Shown here: piece by piece, positions 54,610 to 64,000 of the stretch
Layout: each line of letters opens with the position of its first letter
Numbering within the stretch: position 1 is the first letter of the stretch
Origin: Eledone cirrhosa
Lineage: Eukaryota
Assembly: GCA_964016885.1 (NCBI GenBank)
Contig: OZ024747.1
Coordinates: 3,844,001-3,908,000 of the forward strand
Length of the DNA stretch: 64,000 bases
Direction of reading: 5' to 3'
The notes under the pieces: generated by a model
Databases searched by the model: none
Told to the model about the DNA's origin: nothing
Seen by the model: the letters and a program-made list of their open reading frames with translations, nothing else
Program-made: the position numbers and the translations under genes

Positions 54610-54699
54610 TATCAGTTATATATTGGGAATATTTCACTTCACCATCAGATGCCCACTCATAATATAGAATATATGTAGAAAAGACAGAAACTTTAGAGT

Positions 54700-55075
54700 A
54701 AATATTTGACTGTAGAATCGTATTTTGTTTCGTATTCATATGTATTACTTAATGATGAAGATATAAAGAAGATTCTAAAGAATAGCAACATTTTTATCTC
54801 AAATACGTATTTTTTATTTTAACCTGGATTTCATGAGTGGGGTGCAAAAGTTCTGATTTTGTTTTAAAGAAATAAAGACACAGTTTTTCAATTGAAAGAG
54901 AGAGCAGAGAAGAGAGGGAGAGAGAGAGAGAGAGGGGGGGAGTTTATGTGTGTGTTTCTTATTGCTCTGATGAAATCCAGGCTAAGATTGAAATACATAT
55001 TTATGATTAAAATTTTGTAATTTTTTAAAATCTTCATCACTAAACATACAAAATAAAATAAATCTGGTTCTATAG
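54700..55075. repeat. Old imperfect inverted repeat (MITE-like)
   Basis: AAATACGTATTTT..TTTTAACCTGGATTTCAT (54802-54834) pairs with ATGAAATCCAGGCTAAGATTGAAATACATATTT (54970-55003); TGATGAAGAT pairs with ATCTTCATCA. Confidence 0.5.
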
Positions 55076-55399
55076 TTGGGTATTAACTATTCCTGTATTA
55101 AATATAAAACATTGAAGAATCAGATTTACCGAAAACGAAGGAGGTTTCTGAACAGAGAAGAATGAATTCTACCAAATATTGTTGGATCAGATTGTTGAAT
55201 GTGAGTCTCAGCAATTTAAGCTCTCGACCCAAGCCTTCCTTGGCCTTCATCTATGGCACCTTCCTTCCACTGATATGTTTGAATTTAACTTATATCTGGT
55301 GTCTTATGTGTAAGAGTTTGAGTGAATGTATGTGTGTGTGTTTGCGTGTGATTATATGTATATGTGTGTGTGTGTGAGTGAATATATATGTATTATACA

Positions 55400-55615
55400 T
55401 TATCAACTAGGGCAGCCCTACATCACCTTATAAACTAGGTCAGCCCTAGCTCACCTTATAAACTAGGGCAGCCCTATGTCACCCTATCAACTTGGGCAGC
55501 CCTACATCACCTTATAAACTAGGGCAGCCCTAGCTCACCTTATCAACTAGGGCAACCCTAGCTCACCTTACCAACTAGGGCAGCCCTAGGTCACCTTATC
55601 AACTAGGGCAGCCCC
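55400..55615. repeat. 28-bp minisatellite with internal palindrome CTAGGGC-A-GCCCTAG, ~7.7 copies
   Basis: AACT(A/T)GG at 55405, 55433, 55461 ... 55601. Confidence 0.9.
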
Positions 55616-56316
55616 ATATGTGAAAATAAGATTCCATTTCAGTCCTAACATCAGTCACCTATAGCAGTAGATAAAGGGATGGAAGAGAGTTACAATAAGC
55701 ACTTACTTTCTAGGAATTTCTAATTGATGGCAATCAACATACACCTTAATCTAGAAAGGATATTGCTTGAAGATGTTGTGAGGTTTCCTGAGATGACTTT
55801 GGTCCAGTATCATCCATTAGGCATCATTTCCTCATTGACTCTGGCATCTTTTAACATTTTGCCAATGTCCTTCTCCAAAACAGTCATCCAATTAGGAAAA
55901 ATTGTCTTCTAAGAACCCTTCTTACTTCTTACACACACTCATGCTCACACACACATGTGCACACACATACACAAACATGTGCACACACACACATACACAC
56001 TCACATGTGTACACACACACATACACACACACACTCATGCACATGCTCACACACACATACACATGCTCACACATACACAAACGTATGTGCATACACACAT
56101 ATACACATGCACATTAAAACACACATGTGCACATACACAAGCGCACACACACACACATTCATGCACACTGATATACACACATGTGTACAGACATGCATGC
56201 ACACTCACACTCTCATACACAAAACTCCCTCTCTCTCTCTCATTTATTATTTCCTCTACTCTCTCCTCACTCTGTAACTATGTCTCTATCTCTGTCTCTC
56301 TGTCTATTTCCTGGCT

Positions 56317-56470
<154 letters not shown>

Positions 56471-56820
56471 CACTCTCACTCTATCCATCCATCTATCTAA
56501 CAATGAACCTCAGCATTTTCACACAAATTCTGAAATTTCAATAGGGTTCCTTGACCTGCTAGAAATATCAACTAAATCTCCTTCAGATCACAAGGACATA
56601 TTGCATAATGTCGCTCTAGGATGATACACTATTTTTTTCTTCTTTTACCCGTGTCAGCCGTTGTACTGCAAGAATGCTAGGGCACCACCTTCAATAGATA
56701 TTTAGTCAATCATATCAACCCCAGTATTTATTGTTTCAAGCCTAGCAGTTATTTTATTGATCTCTCTCAAATCACCTAGTTATCTGTACAAGATGAAAGA
56801 TACTCCAGACTAGAATACAT

Positions 56821-58820
56821 TTTGTTATCATAGGCCAGCTCAAGTCTACTGACCTAGGGTTAAACAACATTTTGTTATCATTGGTCAGCTCAAGTCTACT
56901 GACCTAGGGTTAAACAACATTTTGTTATCATAGGCCAGCTCATGTCTACTGACCTAGGGTTAAACAACATTTTGTTATCATTGGTCAGCTCAAGTCTACT
57001 GACCTAGGGTTAAACAACATTTTGTTATCATTGGTCAGCTCAAGTCTACTGACCTAGGGTTAAACAACATTTTGTTATCATAGGCCAGCTCATGTCTACT
57101 GACCTAGGGTTAAACAACATTTTGTTATCATAGGCCAGCTCAAGTCTACTGACCTAGGGTTAAACAACATTTTGTTATCATAGGCCAGCTCATGTCTACT
57201 GACCTAGGGTTAAACAACATTTTGTTATCATAGGCCAGCTCATGTCTACTGACCTAGGGTTAAACAACATTTTGTTATCATAGGCCAGCTCATGTCTACT
57301 GACCTAGGGTTAAACAACATTTTGTTATCATAGGCCAGCTCATGTCTACTGACCTAGGGTTAAACAACATTTTGTTATCATAGGCCAGCTCATGTCTACT
57401 GACCTAGGGTTAAACAACATTTTGTTATCATAGGCCAGCTCATGTCTACTGACCTAGGGTTAAATAACATTTTGTTATCATAGGCCAGCTCAAGTCTACT
57501 GACCTAGGGTTAAACAACATTTTGTTATCATAGGCCAGCTCATGTCTACTGACCTAGGGTTAAATAACATTTTGTTATCATAGGCCAGCTCAAGTCTACT
57601 GACCTAGGGTTAAACAACATTTTGTTATCATAGGCCAGCTCAAGTCTACTGACCTAGGGTTAAACAACATTTTGTTATCATAGGCCAGCTCAAGTCTACT
57701 GACCTAGGGTTAAACAACATTTTGTTATCATAGGCCAGCTCAAGTCTACTGACCTAGGGTTAAATAACATTTTGTTATCATAGGCCAGCTCAAGTCTACT
57801 GACCTAGGGTTAAACAACATTTTGTTATCATAGGCCAGCTCATGTCTACTGACCTAGGGTTAAATAACATTTTGTTATCATAGGCCAGCTCAAGTCTACT
57901 GACCTAGGGTTAAACAACATTTTGTTATCATAGGCCAGCTCAAGTCTACTGACCTAGGGTTAAATAACATTTTGTTATCATAGGCCAGCTCAAGTCTACT
58001 GACCTAGGGTTAAACAACATTTTGTTATCATAGGCCAGCTCAAGTCTACTGACCTAGGGTTAAATAACATTTTGTTATCATAGGCCAGCTCAAGTCTACT
58101 GACTTAGGGTTAAACAACATTTTGTTATCATAGGCCAGCTCATGTCTACTGACCTAGGGTTAAATAACATTTTGTTATCATAGGCCAGCTCAAGTCTACT
58201 GACCTAGGGTTAAACAACATTTTGTTATCATAGGCCAGCTCAAGTCTACTGACCTAGGGTTAAACAACATTTTGTTATCATAGGCCAGCTCATGTCTACT
58301 GACCTAGGGTTAAACAACATTTTGTTATCATAGGCCAGCTCAAGTCTACTGACCTAGGGTTAAATAACATTTTGTTATCATAGGCCAGCTCAAGTCTACT
58401 GACCTAGGGTTAAATAACATTTTGTTATCATAAGCCAGCTCAAGTCTACTGACCTAGGGTTAAACAACATTTTGTTATCATAGGCCAGCTCAAGTCTACT
58501 GACCTAGGGTTAAACAACATTTTGTTATCATAGGCCAGCTCATGTCTACTGACCTAGGGTTAAATAACATTTTGTTATCATAGGCCAGCTCATGTCTACT
58601 GACCTAGGGTTAAATAACATTTTGTTATCATAGGCCAGCTCAAGTCTACTGACCTAGGGTTAAATAACATTTTGTTATCATAGGCCAGCTCAAGTCTACT
58701 GACCTAGGGTTAAATAACATTTTGTTATCATAGGCCAGCTCAAGTCTACTGACCTAGGGTTAAATAACATTTTGTTATCATAGGCCAGCTCATGTCTACT
58801 GACCTAGGGTTAAACAACAT
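56821..58820. repeat. 50-bp minisatellite, 40 copies
   Basis: Unit TTTGTTATCATAGGCCAGCTCAAGTCTACTGACCTAGGGTTAAACAACAT; exact 50-bp period with no indels. Confidence 0.98.
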
Positions 58821-59928
58821 GACAGATGTTGATGACCAACAACTGTAAACATTGCAATATCAGCTAGACTCCACTTTATCTTCTTTTTGTTTTGTGTTGT
58901 TTTTTCTTTCTAATATTTTGTAAAGGAGGGAAGGGCTCTGCCCATAAGTCTTTTCAAGGCCTCCAAGACAAGGAGGGGAGGGATATCCTCAAACTGGAGA
59001 CCTTGCCACAATGTTTACAACAGAGTGAGTCTGTTAAAGACATCCATGAACTATGTCATTACTATTATCATCACCGTTTAACATCCATTTTCCATCCTTG
59101 CATGGGTTAGATGGGTCGTCCACTTTGAGAGACAATTTGGGCCAGAATTGACCATGTTGTACCTTGCTCTGACAGGACAGTAAATTTGGCCAGGATATTT
59201 ATAGTGGTAGTATTAAACTAATAGTCAGAGTAAGGCTACCACACAACTCTGTTACACTGGGATTTGAACTCAGAACCAATATGCACAAATAGTTGGAACA
59301 GATACTAAAAGGTGTGTTGGCCAACACTAACAATTCTGAAAACCCTTTGCTCTGAATTAGTTACTATATCAACCCTGAAATAATGAACGGTAAAGTTGAC
59401 CTCTGTGGTATTTGAACTCAAAATGTGGAGTGCTGGAAGTAATATTACGAGACATTTTGCCATTTTCTCTGATGCTTCTGAATTAACTTAAGCTTTTCTT
59501 TGTTTATTTGTAAATTAAAAGACCACAATTAATTTCAGAAAGAAGTGGCATTAAACCCTGTACAAACATTAAAGTTATTGTAAATGAAAGCCCCAGGCAC
59601 AGATTGGGCTGTAAATAGTTATTTTACCACTGAATGAATTTGTGGAGTGCAAAGATGTGAAGACTCTAGAAATTCATGTGCACACAAACATACACATACT
59701 TAAAAATGCAAACACATACATGCATGCATACACAGGCACACACAGACACACACACACTATGCAACCATGAAAAAACAGATATAAAAACGATGATGATGCT
59801 GATGAGGATGATGAAGATGATATATATATAAATATATATATATATATTATATATATATATATATATGTATATACATATATAAATATATATATATATAAAT
59901 ATATATATATGTATATACATATATAAAT

Positions 59929-59961
<33 letters not shown>

Positions 59962-61044
59962 CATACATATATATATACATTTATATATATATATGTATAT
60001 ATATGTATACATATATGTATATGTATATGTATACATATATACATATTTGTATATATATATATGTATATATGAAATAAAGTTGACTAATGTGACTTATTTA
60101 CCACTTGAGGCAAATAATTAAAAGTTACGTGTTAAAAGTAGGAAATCTTAATCTTGACACTTTTCACGATAATGTTTAAACATTCTTTTATTGTTTCAGA
60201 TATTTTATTCCTTTTACAAGGAAGGCGGCCATGTTAGGAATTAAAAAAACACATTTTTCCAATGTCGCTACTGAAAAACAATTTCTAACTGTTTACATGT
60301 ATTTCTTCATCAAAAACCAATTTAGCAAATTTTGTATTTAAAAAAAAATATCTAGTTATACTTGAGGAATGAAACAAGAAACTATGTATTGAAAGGAATT
60401 TGAGGATTGCTAAGAGCAATTTAAAATGCAGATAAATGAGCTTTTGCAAATAAGGTCCATGAAAGACCAAATGTTAGCAGAATCATTGTTTTTTTTATGC
60501 TGAAGGAATATCCTTCATTCCTGCCACTACATCCCTTTCAACTTCAATTTAAACTTCTTTTTTTTTTCTTTTTTTCCAAAATTTCAAACCTCTGAAAACA
60601 CAACAAAAAAAAAAAGATCTTTCAGCTTATTCTTATAATTGCAAAAAGGAAATATTAAAAGTGACCATGATAAAATTCTTTTTCTTGGCTGATATAATAG
60701 GTTTAGCCTGTTGGCAATATACACTATTGTAATTTTTTGTAGAAACTCAAACACCCAGTGCAAAGCTATTTTATAAAAACATATGTGATAAGATGAATAT
60801 AGTAAATAGAACAAAACAAAAATATTTCCCCTAAGCCAAAATCATACTCTTAGTGTTTGTGTGTGTGTGTGTATGTGTATATGTATGTGTATGTGTATAT
60901 GTATGTGTGTGTGTTAATGTGTATGTGTGATAACTTTTATCCATATAAGGAAACTTAGAAGAGAAGAAATAAATTTAAAAAAAAGATAAGTAAAGGAAAT
61001 ATAAGTTCTATAACCCCACCCCCCACCGCCACCACCGCCACCAC

Positions 61045-61285
61045 CACCACCATCACCCCCCCACTATAAACAACAGCCCCACCACCACCATCACCCCCCA
61101 CTATAAACAACAGCCCCACCACCATCACCCCCACTATAAACAACAGCCCCACCACCATCACCCCCCCACTATAAACAACAGCCCCACCACCATCACCCCC
61201 CACTATAAACAACAGCCCCACCACCATCACCCCCCACTATAAACAACAGCCCCCACCCCACCCCCAGTATAATCAACAGCCCCAC
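61045..61285. repeat. ~34-bp C-rich minisatellite (CACTATAAACAACAGCCCCACCACCATCACCCCC)
   Basis: About 6-7 copies. Confidence 0.9.
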
Positions 61286-61662
61286 CTTAGCCAATGATGT
61301 TTCTGTATGTAAGAGATATAATTGGGAAGAGAGAAAAACAAAATAAGAATATGTGACAATGTTAGAAATAGATATTAGATAAACTAAGTCCAACCACATA
61401 GACTCTGTGTGTGTGTGTGTGTGAAGCTGTGTGTGTGTGTGTGTGTGTGTGTGTGAAGTAATATCAGTCTGTCTGTTGTACTGTATCAGAAGACTGCTGC
61501 AGGGACCAACCCATTGTTTTCTGCTAATTAAGGGGAAATTGCTGATAATGAAAATGTATTTGAACAATACATTCACATGTTTAAGGTTTCTGTATAATCA
61601 TTATTAGCATCATCATCGTCATCATTCTTCTTCTTCTTCTTCTCCTTCTCCTCCTCCTTCTT

Positions 61663-62158
61663 GGTGGATTGGTTATATCGGTAGAGCGTCAGACAATATG
61701 CTTTGTGGCATAGGGTTCCACCCCTTTATAATCTGAGTTCAAATCTTGCTGAGGTTAGTTTTGCCTCTCATCCTTACGGGATTGATAAAATAAAGTACCA
61801 GTAACACACTGGGGTCGATTTAATTGACTTTCCCCTCCTTCACCAAATTACTGGCATTGTGCCTATATAAGAAACCATTATTATGGATTGGCAGTATCGG
61901 TAGAGGGTCAGACGTCATGTTAGGGCGATGGATTGGCAGTATCGGTAGAGGGTCGGACATCATGTTAGGGCAGTGGATTGGCAGTATCGGTAGAGGGTCG
62001 GACGTCATGCTTTCCAGCATAGTTACGTCCCTTTATGGTCTGAGTTCAAATCCCGCCGAGGTTAACTTTGCCTTACGGGGTCGATAAAATAAAGTACCAG
62101 TAATGCACTGGGGTAATTGCTGACTTTGTGCCAAATGTAGAAACAATTATTATTATTG
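61663..62158 (+). mobile_element. Two tandem Meta-like SINEs, the second with a triplicated ~46-bp head
   Basis: TGGATTGGCAGTATCGGTAGAGGGTC at ~61883, 61929 and 61974. Confidence 0.85.
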
Positions 62159-62866
62159 TGGCACTACTTAAACATGATCTCTGCAAAGACATAGCACCAC
62201 ATGCCTGCTGCATGGTGGCACCAACACCAGGAGTCTGACTTTGCTCTTATATTCTAGTTCATTACCATTTGGCATAATCATTAAAATGTTGAACAATATT
62301 TAGTTATAACTTTCTAGATTCTGAGTTCAAATCCTGCTGAGGTCAACTTTATATTCTTGTGAGGTCAATAAAATAAAGTAGCAGTCATGCACTGGGGTTG
62401 ATATGATTAACTTTCTCTTCTCCTAAAATTGTTGGCCTTGTGCTTAATTAGAAACCTGATGCTTAATTAGAATGCTCTCTTTCAAGGTAGATGTACGAGA
62501 GAGTGTAGTTTTGAATGGTAGTAAATGGACAAGTGGTAAAATGAGGAGAATATGTGAAGTAGGGGTGTGGAGGTTGGATAGAGTGACAGATAGGTAGGGT
62601 AGTGCTAACTATATGTTGGTTGTTGTCAATGTAGAAACCAGATGATAAGTTGTTGTCAGAGGGTTTTTAATTCAATGGTAAGAACTCTCAGTTGGTATCT
62701 AAGAGATACTATGGAATTTTATTGTTCCTAGTGGTTGCTGGCAACATCTTTTTTCCGTCTCTAAGGGTTTTACCTGATTTTCTAACACTATTTTATAGTA
62801 ACTGACTGTAAATGCAGTTATTTTCTGCAGTTGAGCATCCGACATCTTCTATAAATTTATTTCAGT

Positions 62867-63050
62867 GCAAGTAACTGGAATGGAAAAGTCATACATACAG
62901 GTATTAAATTAAAAAATTTTAACCATCCTAAAACTAAAAAACCCAGCTGAGGGCATAAATAAATTGCTACAGCCATTGCTGGTGTCCCCCTCACACTGAA
63001 GGGGGCCCAGGGCAATTGCCCCCTTTGTCTCCCATTAAATCCGGCCCTGC
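62867..63050. mobile_element. Non-autonomous DNA transposon end (hAT-like terminus)
   Basis: Colinear with 54430-54609; ends TTAAATCCGGCCCTG. Confidence 0.55.
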
Positions 63051-63609
63051 TTGCTCTAACAACTCTACCTATTCACAACCTTGATGTCAACAACAAAAGT
63101 TTTATGTTCTGCTTCAAAATCATTTTGATAGTTTTTCTTATTTTTTACATTTATTTCTCGGCTATGAGTATTTCACTCCAATCTCCTCCTCCAACTACCA
63201 CTAGCTGTTTATTATCTCTCACCTGGTATTGAGTACATCTCTCAACTTACCTTTCTCTGACGTTATCTTTAAGGATTTCAAAGTACTTCTTAAATCTTGT
63301 ATCCCCTCCATGTTGCTGCTAGAGAGGATAAATCATTTTCAGACCTTAGCTATACCACTTAGTCTCCTCATCGGCTCCAATCACTATAGGGGAACCTCTT
63401 CATGGATGATTATCCTGCTGGAATTAACAGCCAAATCTCCCTCAAATCTCTGGAAACAGAAATACATCTCCAGAAATTTGATATATCATCTTTTTATTTC
63501 CTTCATTTGTTTTTACAGTGTTTTTTACATTTTGAAAAAAAAAAAGTTTTTTTTTTTCAAAGAAATGTTTTTTTCCTAACTTATTGATTTCTTTTTAAAA
63601 AATCTTCAG

Positions 63610-63757
63610 GTCACAATGACATCTGGTGTTAACAAGTTAGACGACTGTGTGATAATGGCACCTGACCATTGCAAAGAAATGCTTACAGTATTTTCTCATA
63701 TTAACAATGGTCAAAATTGTCTTGAACGAAACAATGGACACTATGAAGAATTATCAG
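63610..63757 (+). CDS. PCDH: Protocadherin cytoplasmic-tail exon (VTMTSGVNKLDDCVIMAPDHCKEMLTVFSHINNGQNCLERNNGHYEELS)
   Basis: TTCAG acceptor at 63609, 148 nt open in phase 0 (matching the donor at 27370), ends CAG|GTAAAA. The GHYEEL ending resembles my recollection of octopus protocadherin tails. Linkage to the large exon is inferred. Confidence 0.75.
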
Positions 63758-63928
63758 GTAAAAATAACACCAGTTTTGAATGCAAAATTTAAGAAAAAAA
63801 CTTGATATTGATGAAATTTGACCAATAAAATAAAATAAAATATTTAATATATTATAACTATTATTTTTCTATTTTTGAATACTTCATATTAACGGGCACC
63901 ATTTTTTTCTGTGTTTTAATTTCCTCAG

Positions 63929-64000
63929 GTCTTAAGTCATCTCAGTTGAAAGAATTAAAATGTGGAGATTTAAAGTCGTTATCACAGACACTAGGGAAAG
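63929..64000 (+). CDS. PCDH: Next protocadherin tail exon, running off the window (GLKSSQLKELKCGDLKSLSQTLGK...)
   Basis: Polypyrimidine tract plus CTCAG acceptor at 63928 after a 171-bp intron; open in the phase-1 frame left by the previous exon. Confidence 0.65.

Noticed and set aside
54965-55005. CTGATGA-AATC-caggctaa-GATT-GAAA hammerhead-like motif
   Set aside because: No stem I, and it lies in one arm of an old inverted repeat whose other arm lacks the core.
55076-55206. Possible extra protocadherin exon ending at GTGAGT (55201)
   Set aside because: Weak acceptor, overlaps the end of an inverted repeat, and no recognisable peptide.
56821-58820. CRISPR-like regular arrays (also 29497, 37444, 40155)
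   Set aside because: Pure tandem repeats with no unique spacers, in eukaryotic DNA with no cas genes.

Overview
AT-rich, microsatellite-saturated animal DNA. The repeat families and protocadherin type point to a coleoid cephalopod, most likely Octopus (inference). The only credible host gene is a + strand protocadherin. One large exon (acceptor AG 24895-24896, ATG 24935, donor GTAAGT 27371) encodes a signal peptide, six cadherin repeats, a TM helix and the start of the tail. After a ~36-kb intron come two short in-phase tail exons (63610-63757; 63929 to beyond the window). The rest is simple repeats, tRNA-derived SINEs, decayed RTE/CR1/Tx1-like LINE ends, and minisatellites amplified from retroelement segments. 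The most unusual signal is a set of short non-coding elements sitting in (TA)n tracts. They carry type I hammerhead ribozyme motifs (near-intact at 11660-11703 and 53019-53099 on the - strand; damaged or half copies at 11976, 12733 and 33273). They occur as ~318-bp and ~435-bp tandem or circularly permuted units and repeatedly form fold-back palindromes, resembling Penelope-dependent retrozymes. Nearly all other ORFs in the track are microsatellite artefacts. Everything was read by eye; no database searches or folding programs were run.
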